Part shown: positions 39,397-49,400 of the stretch, piece after piece | Layout: the number at the start of each line of letters is the position of its first letter | Numbering within the stretch: the stretch's first letter is position 1 | NCBI GenBank assembly: GCA_019057815.1 | Contig: JAHLWR010000009.1 | Location: forward strand, 1 to 64,000 | Reading direction: 5' to 3' | Length of the DNA stretch: 64,000 nucleotides | Source of the DNA: Candidatus Heimdallarchaeota archaeon | GTDB lineage: Archaea; Asgardarchaeota; Heimdallarchaeia; Heimdallarchaeales; Heimdallarchaeaceae | Position numbers and translations under genes: made by a program | Notes under the pieces: generated by a model | What the model was told of the DNA's origin: nothing | Databases searched by the model: none | Seen by the model: the letters and a program-made list of their open reading frames with translations, nothing else

Positions 39397-39969
39397 CAAA
39401 TCGAAAGCATTAATTTCCTCAAGAAGCTTATATGTTGTAGCAACTGCTTCATGAACTTGTTCCACGCTTTTTCCACCAGTACAAACTAGATTCCCAGATT
39501 GAAATAGAAGGAGAACATTCTTGGGTTTTTCTAAACGAAAAATAAGTCCTGGGAACTGTTCAGGTTCATACATACAATGATCCAGCCAAAGTGCTATTAG
39601 TTCAAGATTTAATTGTTTTTTGTTAAAATTCCCTGAAGCAACTATATTTTGGATAATAATATCAGGTTCCTCTGTAATTATTACACCAACTTTTCTTAAT
39701 ATTTCAGATATTGTTTTCACACCAATTCTTACATTTTCAGTTGTTTTTGCCCCTGTCAATACTAGTTTTCCTGAACTAAAAACAAGACTTGAAACTTTGG
39801 GTTCCTTGATTTTTAATATCACTCCTGGAAATTTGTCAGGATAAAAGCTTATGTCGACTGCTTCATCATCTATTAGCTTCTGATACATTTCTTCTAATTT
39901 TATTGATGTGAACAAGTCTATTGATGCAACAATATTTTGAATCGTTATATTGAATTCAGGTTCTGTCAT
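39394..39969 (-). CDS. tbp: TATA-box-binding protein
   Basis: Two IQNIVAS repeats, FYPDKFPG / YEPEQFPGL, LVFSSGKLVLTGAK / LLFQSGNLVCTGGK; likely ATG 39969 (ORF extends to 40002). Confidence 0.97.
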   Translation of the reverse strand: MTEPEFNITIQNIVASIDLFTSIKLEEMYQKLIDDEAVDISFYPDKFPGVILKIKEPKVSSLVFSSGKLVLTGAKTTENVRIGVKTISEILRKVGVIITEEPDIIIQNIVASGNFNKKQLNLELIALWLDHCMYEPEQFPGLIFRLEKPKNVLLLFQSGNLVCTGGKSVEQVHEAVATTYKLLEEINAFDL

Positions 39970-40141
39970 TTGAAACCCTTGTCTAATTAAAAGCATGTTC
40001 ACTATTCATTAGAGCATGTAAGTATTTTGATACGTATACAAAATTTTCATACACATAAGTATTGGTAACCATCGTCAGTAAATTGTTTCTGACAACGATG
40101 ACAGTTATAAAGGAAAAAGAGAAAGAGAAGATATTTCCGAA

Positions 40142-41650
40142 TTAATTGTATTGTTTTCTCTTACGATTTAGAGAGATACCTCCTATGAGTATCAATGGAA
40201 CTATGAATGTAAAGAGAGCAAACGATGACTGCGAAGGGGTTATATATACAGCAGGTTCATTTAGAGGATAGAGATCTTCTGTACGTGAAATACCTCCAAT
40301 AGTATAGGTTTCATTTCCCGAATAGTCTGACCAGTAGTTACCTTCAAGTGTTTCAGGATCATACCAAGTATTGTTTGTTCCATGGTCCCACGCTTGGGGT
40401 GACGAAGAATTTTGATTATTATCTACAAAATTGTTATGATGAAGGATGTTGTTGTTAAGTTTATCTAATGTGGGGTAACGAAATCCGTATCCTAGTACTA
40501 TCCCACTTCTCTCATTTTCTTGTAATAGATTGTAAGTAATAAGACAAGAATTAGAATTATCCAGAAAAATACCCCCCATGTTGTTTGAACAGACGTTGTT
40601 AGTAAGAACTACTTCAGTAGAATATCCCAACCAAATGCCCCCGTTGTTGTTTGAACAAGTGTTATAAGTAAGAGTACAACCAGAAGAATAAATTACCCAA
40701 ATGCCCTCCAAGTTGTTTGAACAGATGTTATTAGTAATAGTTGTACTTTTACACCAACGAAGTATCAACCCCACTGAAGTATCAAACAATTCTTGGTTAC
40801 TGACTACCACTTCTGTACAGTTAATTAAGATTAGTTGACCATAAATGGGTTTATCGAGAGTAGTTCTAAATAGATTAGTGTAAAAACCTAACAGTTTTCC
40901 ATTCACCTTATTATCTTCAATAGTATAGGAAAGATAATCTTCAACATTTGACTCGGATATTGATAATCCATTATTAATGAAAATATTGTTGGTAAGAATA
41001 GTACCACCCGAACGAGACAATCCGATGCCAAATAGGCGGTTGTTTTCACAAGTATTTGTGCTTAAAATATTATTATAAGAAGAATAAAGAACTATGCCCT
41101 CCCAGTTATTGTTTTCACAAGTATTCTTGCTTAAAATATTATTATTCGAATATCGAAGTTGTATGCCATAATAGTTGTTTGAGCAAGTATTCTCACTCAA
41201 AGTATTATCATTTGAAGAATAAGGAACAATGCCTACCTGATTGTTTTCACAGGTATTGTCTGTTATTGTTGCCGTACCATCAGCAACGTTATCAATACAA
41301 ATACCATAACCATGTTTTCCAACATCTACATAACAGCTACTAATAACAAAACACTTAGTTGTATAAGCAATATAAATACCAATAGCGTAATACTTTGTTA
41401 TATTAGTAATACCACATGTGTTCGATGTTGTAATATCATATCCCTCAATAATGTAGGGATCTTCTATTGTTCCTGTTCCTGGAAAAACCTCAAAACCGCT
41501 ATCATTTGTTATAAATATCGAATCATGAGGTGTCAACTTTAATGAAATAGGTCTAAAATCGTTCTCTTCTATAGCATTTTGCACATTAATATTCAATGTG
41601 AAGATTGATAATGTTAATATTAGTAGAATAATTATTGTTTTCTTTTTCAT
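40142..41650 (-). CDS. NosD/PbH1 beta-helix surface protein
   Basis: Signal peptide MKKKTIIILLILTL, GIxLxYSxNNILSxNTCENN repeats, EGNYWSDYSG, TM + RKRK. Confidence 0.9.
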   Translation of the reverse strand: MKKKTIIILLILTLSIFTLNINVQNAIEENDFRPISLKLTPHDSIFITNDSGFEVFPGTGTIEDPYIIEGYDITTSNTCGITNITKYYAIGIYIAYTTKCFVISSCYVDVGKHGYGICIDNVADGTATITDNTCENNQVGIVPYSSNDNTLSENTCSNNYYGIQLRYSNNNILSKNTCENNNWEGIVLYSSYNNILSTNTCENNRLFGIGLSRSGGTILTNNIFINNGLSISESNVEDYLSYTIEDNKVNGKLLGFYTNLFRTTLDKPIYGQLILINCTEVVVSNQELFDTSVGLILRWCKSTTITNNICSNNLEGIWVIYSSGCTLTYNTCSNNNGGIWLGYSTEVVLTNNVCSNNMGGIFLDNSNSCLITYNLLQENERSGIVLGYGFRYPTLDKLNNNILHHNNFVDNNQNSSSPQAWDHGTNNTWYDPETLEGNYWSDYSGNETYTIGGISRTEDLYPLNEPAVYITPSQSSFALFTFIVPLILIGGISLNRKRKQYN

Positions 41651-41698
41651 TTAATCACACTTAATTATACTCTCTATCTAATATATATCTTGTGCAAT

Positions 41699-41881
41699 GA
41701 TGAAGATGACAGAAATAGGATTTTAGGTTTCTTGAAATAATAGTTGTCAGCTTTTCTGTATCTTATTTTCTTTTGTAACATTTTCTGATTTCTTCTTTTT
41801 CCTTTTTTCAAAAAGAATTATTATACCTGCTATTCCTCCTAGTGCTAGTAGAAGAGCTATAAACGACAATATCCACAACCA
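41699..41881 (+). repeat. Junction repeat copy 3 (degenerate zf-PARP 3' end plus intact lctP 3' end)
   Basis: 41699-41740 reads DEDDRNRILGFLK* versus EEDDRKRISGFMK* of the zf-PARP gene. Confidence 0.85.
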
Positions 41882-43456
41882 CCAAGGATAGTTGTTGGCC
41901 CAACTATTACAGATAACTGCAACTGAAAGAGTCATTAATATTGCTATAGGAGCTGTTTTTTTAATCACTTCCCCTTCAATACCAACCTTATCTATAACAG
42001 CTGCAGCGTTCTGAATTTTTGCAGGTGAGAGAACTGAAGCTAGTCCTCCTCCTATTCCATTTGCTGTTCCTACTGCCATTGCACTAATTCCTAAAGCTAT
42101 CGCTGTTTGTTGATGGTAACTTGTAAACATTGCTATTGCTGAAGTTTCAGAACCAGAAATAAAACCTCCAAATAAGCCTATGAAGGGTACAATTAATGGG
42201 TAAAATTTTCCAAATCCAATTGCTGAAGCTTCAGAAAGTACTTTGATCATGTTCGTACTAGAATCGGCTACTGCTGACCAATTTGAAGGATAAGATTGCC
42301 TCCCAGAATTGATCATCACAAAAGCAATAGCAAAAAATATAGCAGCAGCAAAAACTGGTCTTACAAATCTTTTACTCCACACTTTCAGTGTTTCTTTTAA
42401 TTGTGTTTTTTTCCAACCTAGAAAGGGAATTGACCCTAAAGTAGCAATTAATACCCAGAAGTAAGCATGAGAAAAGGGTGAAGTATTGATTTGACTTCCT
42501 TGAAGTGTTATGGGTAACGATATTTCATTTTTTAGGTAATTAAATATTTGTGGTATTAAGTTTGTAACACTCACAAAAACAATGAGAATGATCCATGGAG
42601 ATAATGCTCTGACGAGAGACATTGATTTATCCGTTTCTTTTTCTTTTTCTGTTAAGACTGTTGAATCAATTATTTTTATTTTTTTGAGTTTAGCAACAAA
42701 GATCAACACTAAAGCTGTTACAATTCCTGCAATTACGCCTGTTAAGGTAACAATCCCTAATAAATTGCTTACTATTGCAGAACATCCTGCTGTTAAGCCT
42801 CCTATTAAACTAAATGTAAGACCATCTTTGCTAAAAAGTAATTTTCTACCTCCCGCTAACCATAACATACCTAACCCTATTCCTGTTGTTATCAGCGGCA
42901 TATTATATGAAAATGCAATACCCGAAGCTGTTAATGAAATTCCCATAAAATCAGCAAAAAAGGATGCAGGAACAGCCAATAGAGCGTAAGTGCATAATGG
43001 ATCATATCCTATTGCAGGTAAAGCTACAGCTGCAAAAGATGAGTAACCCATCGCAGCTAAAATGGGTGGTAACATCGTTACTGGGGTTGCACCGATTGAA
43101 ACTAGAAAAGTTCCAAGGGCTAAGTTTATTATCATTATTTGAAAGGCTTTATTACCTCCACCAATTTTTTTGAATGATACAACTATCTTAGCCAACGCTC
43201 CTGTTTTTTCCATATAAGTCATCATCAAAATGGAAGTTAGAACCATCAATGATATTGGGAACGATTTAATTATTCCAGCAAGTGATGCAAGAAGAGACAC
43301 TTTCCAATCAGTTTTAAAATAGAATATGGCTAGAATGATGATTAAAACGAAAATTACCACCCCGACAGTATCAGCTTTAAAACGAAAAATGATTAAAAGT
43401 ATAATTCCGATAATAAAAGGTATTAGCATCAGTAAAACAGAGACTGCAAGACTCAT
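41747..43456 (-). CDS. lctP: L-lactate permease family transporter
   Basis: Many TMs; GLFGGFISGSETSAIAMF, GGGLASVLSPAKIQNAAA...GIEGEVIKKT. Confidence 0.85.
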   Translation of the reverse strand: MSLAVSVLLMLIPFIIGIILLIIFRFKADTVGVVIFVLIIILAIFYFKTDWKVSLLASLAGIIKSFPISLMVLTSILMMTYMEKTGALAKIVVSFKKIGGGNKAFQIMIINLALGTFLVSIGATPVTMLPPILAAMGYSSFAAVALPAIGYDPLCTYALLAVPASFFADFMGISLTASGIAFSYNMPLITTGIGLGMLWLAGGRKLLFSKDGLTFSLIGGLTAGCSAIVSNLLGIVTLTGVIAGIVTALVLIFVAKLKKIKIIDSTVLTEKEKETDKSMSLVRALSPWIILIVFVSVTNLIPQIFNYLKNEISLPITLQGSQINTSPFSHAYFWVLIATLGSIPFLGWKKTQLKETLKVWSKRFVRPVFAAAIFFAIAFVMINSGRQSYPSNWSAVADSSTNMIKVLSEASAIGFGKFYPLIVPFIGLFGGFISGSETSAIAMFTSYHQQTAIALGISAMAVGTANGIGGGLASVLSPAKIQNAAAVIDKVGIEGEVIKKTAPIAILMTLSVAVICNSWANNYPWWLWILSFIALLLALGGIAGIIILFEKRKKKKSENVTKENKIQKS

Positions 43457-43511
43457 AATATGAAATTATAAGGTCAAATAAAAATATTATTGATGCAAAA
43501 TAAAGAAAGAA

Positions 43512-44666
43512 TTATTGTTTTGAACCACATTTTGTACAAAACGTATTATTTTCGGGTATTTTTTCACCGCAAAAATGACAATGCTTAGTACTACCAAAAA
43601 AGAAAATATCTTCATCATCTTGAAAGGGTATTTCAACATCATCTTGAAAGGATATTTCAACATCATCTTTATTATGGTTACCTATTGGTTGTTGTTGATA
43701 TATGGATGAGTGAGGTTGATCAATAATCGAAGATGGTGGTTTGTATTGAATCGAAGAAGCTGTTATTTTTTGCTTTTTAATACTCTTTTTCTCAAGAATT
43801 ACAAAGAACCAGTACAGTAGAATGGATGATATAAAAAAGAATATTGATGACTGGTACCCAGCCAATCTCATTTCTGTCGCTTTGTTATCCTTTAAAGTTG
43901 ATGTTATTGAGGAAAGAGAAATAGCAATTATTACAATATAACCAACTAGCAGAAGACAATATGCTACATTGAAGTTTTTTTTCCTATCTTTATAATTCAT
44001 CATAAATTCAATAAAATAAGGAAAACCAATGATAGAGAATGATAAAAACCATAGCAACTGTTCAAATCCTTGATGGATTTCATCCCAGATAAGCTGTTTA
44101 AGGTCTAGACTACTTGTTCTCTGTATATATTCAGTTGAAATATCTATATAAATGCAAGAACCTTCATAATAAACGGTGCACGCAATATATTTATAGAAAC
44201 CAGATAAGGAGATATAGTAACAATCACTTTCAGGTATAATAACTGATTCACTTGATGTAAAATTAAGTATACGTCCATAAAGTTGAGTCCTTGCACTATT
44301 ATATATGGCTATATCAAATTCCCAATAACCATAGCCACGATCATCAGTAGTAATTGAAGTAAAAGTTATTTTAGTATGAGTATTATTAACAAGTTCTATT
44401 GTAAAATCGACAGTGTAGGAATGAACTATTTGATTAGTAAAATAGACATATAGTTCATCGGTAGAATAAACCTCCCACGTAGATCCTACAAGACCCTTAA
44501 AATGCCATGATGAGGGATAATACTCTTTTCGTTGATCCAATGTTGTAGAAAAATCATCTGACATTGGGTGAATTCTATCCGCGGAAGCGATTAATGAAAT
44601 GCTTACTATTATTGTTACTAAACTAATTGGTATTAATATTTTACTTGAAAATTTCAAATATATCAT
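43512..44666 (-). CDS. Membrane protein with extracellular domain and C-terminal zinc-ribbon
   Basis: Signal peptide, 3 TMs, CHFCG...FCTKCG. Confidence 0.8.
   Translation of the reverse strand: MIYLKFSSKILIPISLVTIIVSISLIASADRIHPMSDDFSTTLDQRKEYYPSSWHFKGLVGSTWEVYSTDELYVYFTNQIVHSYTVDFTIELVNNTHTKITFTSITTDDRGYGYWEFDIAIYNSARTQLYGRILNFTSSESVIIPESDCYYISLSGFYKYIACTVYYEGSCIYIDISTEYIQRTSSLDLKQLIWDEIHQGFEQLLWFLSFSIIGFPYFIEFMMNYKDRKKNFNVAYCLLLVGYIVIIAISLSSITSTLKDNKATEMRLAGYQSSIFFFISSILLYWFFVILEKKSIKKQKITASSIQYKPPSSIIDQPHSSIYQQQPIGNHNKDDVEISFQDDVEIPFQDDEDIFFFGSTKHCHFCGEKIPENNTFCTKCGSKQ
43613..43669. repeat. 24-bp in-frame tandem repeat (2.4 copies)
   Basis: CATCATCTTGAAAGG(G/A)TATTTCAA, encoding DDVEI(S/P)FQ. 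Confidence 0.85.
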
Positions 44667-44866
44667 TTATACTAATATAATCAGTTTATAAATATTCTCA
44701 CTTAAAACGCAGTTTCGTTGCATTTTGTCTTACCATGATTTAATTATCTTAAATTCTTTTTACACTCTAGGAGGTTGAATAATTGATTTGTAAATAAAAA
44801 TATTTGTACATGAAAAGGCTTATTATTCTTTTCTTGTTGATTATCATAACAATTACAGTGATGCTA

Positions 44867-45334
44867 ATGAGCGATAATGAAATTACTGATTTTATTAAAA
44901 ATCAAATAAAACTTGAGCACGAAATCATTGAAGCAGCTCAAGATTCTGTTAAAGATGTTAAAAATGAGTTAATAAAAGAGCTAATTCTTGCGATTTCAAT
45001 TGATTCTGAGAAACATGCTAGCTTACTTAATGCTCTCCTCACAATAAGAACCACTACAACACCATTTATCTCTGAAGAAAAAATGAAAGAACTAGCAGCT
45101 AACATCCAAAAACATATTGATCTTGAAGCAAAAGCAATTGAAACATATAAAGAACTTCTAACATATATTAGCGATGAAAAAGAGAAAATCATTATTAAAA
45201 CTATTTATCAAGATGAATTGAGACACCATGCATTACTTAAGAAGATACATAAAACAATAGTGGAGGCTGAAACTCTAGTTATTAACGATGATATGTGGAA
45301 TTTCTTGATGGAAGATGTAATTCCAAGATTTTGA
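44867..45334 (+). CDS. Ferritin-like (rubrerythrin-type) di-iron protein, paralogue 1
   Basis: LE...DSEKH / LE...DELRH motifs; likely ATG 44867 (ORF extends to 44804). Confidence 0.85.
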   Translation: MSDNEITDFIKNQIKLEHEIIEAAQDSVKDVKNELIKELILAISIDSEKHASLLNALLTIRTTTTPFISEEKMKELAANIQKHIDLEAKAIETYKELLTYISDEKEKIIIKTIYQDELRHHALLKKIHKTIVEAETLVINDDMWNFLMEDVIPRF

Positions 45335-45361
45335 TTATAATTCGAAAAAGTAGGTGATTCT

Positions 45362-45838
45362 ATGGAAGAAAAAGAGAGAATAGAATTTTTCAAAAAACAA
45401 ATCGATCTTGAGAAACTTATTATTAAAACAGCTGAAAAATCAGTAGAAGGCTTGAAAAACGTTTTAATCAAAGAATTAATACTAGCTATATCTATTGACT
45501 CTCAAAAACATGCCAACTTGCTTAAAGCTCTTGTAGCAATGCATACACTCCCAACTCCTATGATAAAGGAAGAATTATCTGAAGAGTTAGCAGCTAACAT
45601 TCAAAAACACATTTATCTTGAAGCAAAAGCAATTGAAACTTACAAGGAATTATTGACTATAACAGTTGATGAGAAAGAAAAGATTATTATTCAAACTATA
45701 CTTAAAGACGAGATAAGACATCATAAAATATTGAAAACGATACATGAAACAATAGTGAAAAAAGAGACACTCACAGAAGAAGCAATATGGCAAATGATGT
45801 GGGATGATTCAGTTTCGCACGGAAGTCCAGGCGGATAA
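45362..45838 (+). CDS. Ferritin-like (rubrerythrin-type) di-iron protein, paralogue 2
   Basis: DSQKH / DEIRHH motifs, C-terminal MWDDSVSHGSPGG; GGTGA SD. Confidence 0.88.
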   Translation: MEEKERIEFFKKQIDLEKLIIKTAEKSVEGLKNVLIKELILAISIDSQKHANLLKALVAMHTLPTPMIKEELSEELAANIQKHIYLEAKAIETYKELLTITVDEKEKIIIQTILKDEIRHHKILKTIHETIVKKETLTEEAIWQMMWDDSVSHGSPGG

Positions 45839-45905
45839 TAACTTCGTAATATTAAAAGAATGGAAAAAAGAATAAAGAAAACCTTTACTCTTATTTTTTA
45901 TCCCA

Positions 45906-47627
45906 CTAGTTTTCTTTACTAATTTTCATATTTTTGCTTGGTATTGGGATATCCACGGTTTTTTGTTCCTCTGTAGATTTCTTTCGTAAATCTTTTCTCA
46001 GAACTTTACCCAAGGTTGTTCTTGGTAATTCCTTAACATATTCTATTTGTCTAGGAACTTTGTATGGTGCAAGACTTTTCTTACAGTATTCTCGTATTTC
46101 TTCCAGAGTTAGTTCTTCATGTCCTGGTTCAGCTACGATGTAAGCTTTGACTAGTTCTGAATGTTTATCATCTTTGATACCAATTACTCCTGTCATGTTA
46201 ATTGCTGGATGAGCATATAGAATTTCTTCTACATCTCTTGGCCAAACTTTGTAACCAGAGACAATAATTAGATCCTTAGCTCTGTCAACAATTCTGAAGA
46301 AACCCTCTTCGTCAGTTTTTGCAATATCTCCTGTTCGAAGCCATCCTTTTACTAACACGTTTTCACTTGCTTCTTTAGCATTCCAATATCCTTTCATCAC
46401 ACAAGGACTTCTGATCCAAAGTTCTCCTGTTTTGCCATATTCTTGAATCTCTTCTTGAGTATCTAAATCAACTACCATTGCCAAAGTATTAGGAATTGGT
46501 AAACCTATTGATCCGATTTTTCTTTTCTTCCTATTCGCAGGATTAATATGTGTTACTGGAGAGCTTTCAGATAAACCATATCCCTCAATTAAAACTGTTC
46601 CAGTGACATTTTCAAACTTTTGTGTGGTTGTTTGAGGTAATCCTTCACCACCAGAAATACACAGAATCAATGAGGAGAGGTCATATTTCTTTATATCAGG
46701 GTGTTCAGCTAATTTTTGGAAGAGAATAGGTACTGCGTTCATAAAATGAGGTTTACATTTGTTAACCACTTCTAATATGTTTTTCAAGTTTCTTGCATCA
46801 GGTATGAGAAGGATCAATGCTGCAGTAATTGTACCCCATAAGAATGAAGTAGATAAGCCAAAAATGTGAGAAAAAGGTAAAACACCCATCATTATATATT
46901 GTTCTTTAGGCTTTACAATCCAATTATCCCATACAGCAATCATTTTAGATTGAGCTACTAGATTGAAATGTGTTAACATAGCACCTTTCATGATACCTGT
47001 AGTTCCGCCTGTATACTGCAAAACTGCTACATCTTCTTTTGGATTCATTTCGGTTACTATTCTAGTATTTTTACCTTCTTTTACAAGTGCTTTGAACCTT
47101 TGTTCGTTCTTTATTTTGGGATTTTTAATACCAATAAAGAGCTTGTATAGGAATTTTGTTATAGGTGGTAATTCTTCTGCTATTGAAGATATAATAACAT
47201 GTTCTAACTTTGTTTCATGTTGAATCTCTCTGATTTCATTAAGAAACATATCAAGTGATATTAGAATCTTAGCTTCACTATCTTGAAGTTGATATCTGAT
47301 CTCTTTTGCTGTATATAGTGGGTTTATAGCTGTGATAATTGCTCCTAGAGATAAAGTCGCCCAAAATGATGTCACAAATTGAGGACAATTAGGCATTAAG
47401 ACTGCTACTCTGTCTCCTTTTCTCACTCCAAGTTTTTTAAGAGAGTTTGCAAATCTATTTACTTGTTCTTCTACTTCTTGATATGATTTTATTTTTCCTT
47501 GAAAATGTATTGAAGGACGTTCAGGATAACTATCAGCTGATTTTCGAAAAATATCTATTAATGTTATGTCAGGAATAGACATTTCGTGAGTTATTCCATC
47601 ACAATATTTCCATCGATTTTGCTCCAT
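45906..47627 (-). CDS. fadD: Long-chain fatty acid-CoA ligase
   Basis: YTGGTTGIMKG, EGYGLSE, WLRTGD, DRAKD, GKVLR. Confidence 0.92.
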   Translation of the reverse strand: MEQNRWKYCDGITHEMSIPDITLIDIFRKSADSYPERPSIHFQGKIKSYQEVEEQVNRFANSLKKLGVRKGDRVAVLMPNCPQFVTSFWATLSLGAIITAINPLYTAKEIRYQLQDSEAKILISLDMFLNEIREIQHETKLEHVIISSIAEELPPITKFLYKLFIGIKNPKIKNEQRFKALVKEGKNTRIVTEMNPKEDVAVLQYTGGTTGIMKGAMLTHFNLVAQSKMIAVWDNWIVKPKEQYIMMGVLPFSHIFGLSTSFLWGTITAALILLIPDARNLKNILEVVNKCKPHFMNAVPILFQKLAEHPDIKKYDLSSLILCISGGEGLPQTTTQKFENVTGTVLIEGYGLSESSPVTHINPANRKKRKIGSIGLPIPNTLAMVVDLDTQEEIQEYGKTGELWIRSPCVMKGYWNAKEASENVLVKGWLRTGDIAKTDEEGFFRIVDRAKDLIIVSGYKVWPRDVEEILYAHPAINMTGVIGIKDDKHSELVKAYIVAEPGHEELTLEEIREYCKKSLAPYKVPRQIEYVKELPRTTLGKVLRKDLRKKSTEEQKTVDIPIPSKNMKISKEN

Positions 47628-47835
47628 AAGAATCTCTTCACTACTCTTCTAATTTGGGATTTTCTACTAGGTTACTTATATAATTTTCGAAAATACCGAA
47701 ATAAAACTGAAAATAAGAGCACCTAAACAAGTTTTAATATTTTCTTAAACTAGTTTAGCAACACATACCCGATATATCTACAAATCGTAATAGATTTATA
47801 ACAAAACCTTTTTCTTTCTGTTTTCCACACTTAAC

Positions 47836-48036
47836 ATGATGAAGATCGTTGTTAGTTCAAAGAGCGAGAGAGATATTATGATGAAATTGCTTGATTATCT
47901 CAAGAATAAAGATATAGACTTTTACTTAGATTTTGAAGATCCTTTATCTTTTCAGTTAGAGGAATTCATGGTAGAATTATGTTTAAGTGATATAGAAATC
48001 GATAAAAATGAACCAGCAACTGAGATTCTCAAATAA
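47836..48036 (+). CDS. Small acidic hypothetical protein
   Basis: 66 aa directly upstream of the ThrC-like gene, preceded by TTTATAA. Confidence 0.55.
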   Translation: MMKIVVSSKSERDIMMKLLDYLKNKDIDFYLDFEDPLSFQLEEFMVELCLSDIEIDKNEPATEILK

Positions 48037-48056
48037 TCAACATAACTGGGATAAGA

Positions 48057-49400
48057 ATGACTAATATTGAAGTATTCTGTGAAAAATGCAAGACGATTAC
48101 AAACACAACAAAACTTTGGTGTGATAAATGCAAAGAACTGAACAAAGTACAGCCTATAGAAGCGTATTCTTATTCAAATTATAAACTTTCAACAATGTGG
48201 TCATTAAGCGATTTTCTTCCTCAATTCAATAAAATAATGACTCTTTCTGAAGGTAACACTCCTTGTACAAAAATATCTAGAGATAAACAAATTAAAGATT
48301 TGATACTGAAACTGGAGTTCCGTAATCCAACAGGTTCTTTTAGAGATCGAGCAGCTTCAGTTATTGTATCTGATGCATTAAATAAGAAACAAAAGAAAAT
48401 AGTTGGAGCAAGTACAGGATCGTTTAATATTAGTCTAGCCGCTTATTCCGCTAAAGCAGGAATTATATCGACCAACATATTACCTCTTAATCTTGATTTG
48501 TCAAAAAAAGAACAAATACAATTATACGGAGGAGAAATTAAAGAGATAGGAGAAACAGTAGAAGAAGCAGTAAAATTTGCATGTGAATATTCAAGAACTA
48601 CAAGCAGTTATCTAGCAACTCCTGAGAGTAATATACTAACAATAGAAGGACAGAAAACAATAGCGCTAGAATTAGTCATCCAAAAGAAAGAAATAAGCTC
48701 CATAATAATTCCAAAAGGTTCAGGAACTTTGATTCTTTCTATCTTCAGAGGATATGAAGATGCCATTAAATCAGGATGGATTGAGGATATTCCGAGTATC
48801 TATGCTGTATCTCTAGAACGAACCCATGTTTCACATTTTGCAGAGTCTTTGGAATCAAAACCCTCGAAATTGCATGAAGAAGTGAAAAAAATAATCGTTC
48901 AAACAAAGGGAAAAGAGATTAAGATAGATGCAAGTGAAATGATAGAAGAAGCAATGAAACTAGCTAAGAATGAAGGTTTATTTATTGAACCTGCATCAGC
49001 TTCAGTTATAGCAGCAGCTCATCAACTAGTTAAAACAGAACAGATTAATGTTAGCCAATCAGTAGGTATACTTACCGGAACAGGTATAAATGCATTGAAT
49101 ATCTTTGCTTCACAATTAAGAGGACATCAGAAAGCTGTTTGGGGGCTTTCTCAGAGTTCAACAACTAAATTTGAGATTCTAAATCTCATTACGAATAAGA
49201 AAGCAAACTATGGAATCTCAATTTGGAACTCGCTAGGACGAAGCCCTACAAAACAGTCCATTTATCAACACTTAAACCAATTAGAAAAAAAAGGGTTGAT
49301 AAGTGTCCTAGAACCAAAAATGAAGCAGAAAAAGTACAAAATAACAAGAAAAGGATTGGAAACAATAGAAAGAATGAGAGCACTAATTGATTATGTCTAA
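48057..49400 (+). CDS. Threonine-synthase-like (fold type II) protein with C-terminal winged HTH; PLP lysine replaced by Arg
   Basis: N-terminal CxxC..CxxC, LSEGNTP, NPTGSFRDR, EGQKT, IEPASA; C-terminal QSIYQHLNQLEKKGLI...YKITRKG. Confidence 0.85.
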   Translation: MTNIEVFCEKCKTITNTTKLWCDKCKELNKVQPIEAYSYSNYKLSTMWSLSDFLPQFNKIMTLSEGNTPCTKISRDKQIKDLILKLEFRNPTGSFRDRAASVIVSDALNKKQKKIVGASTGSFNISLAAYSAKAGIISTNILPLNLDLSKKEQIQLYGGEIKEIGETVEEAVKFACEYSRTTSSYLATPESNILTIEGQKTIALELVIQKKEISSIIIPKGSGTLILSIFRGYEDAIKSGWIEDIPSIYAVSLERTHVSHFAESLESKPSKLHEEVKKIIVQTKGKEIKIDASEMIEEAMKLAKNEGLFIEPASASVIAAAHQLVKTEQINVSQSVGILTGTGINALNIFASQLRGHQKAVWGLSQSSTTKFEILNLITNKKANYGISIWNSLGRSPTKQSIYQHLNQLEKKGLISVLEPKMKQKKYKITRKGLETIERMRALIDYV

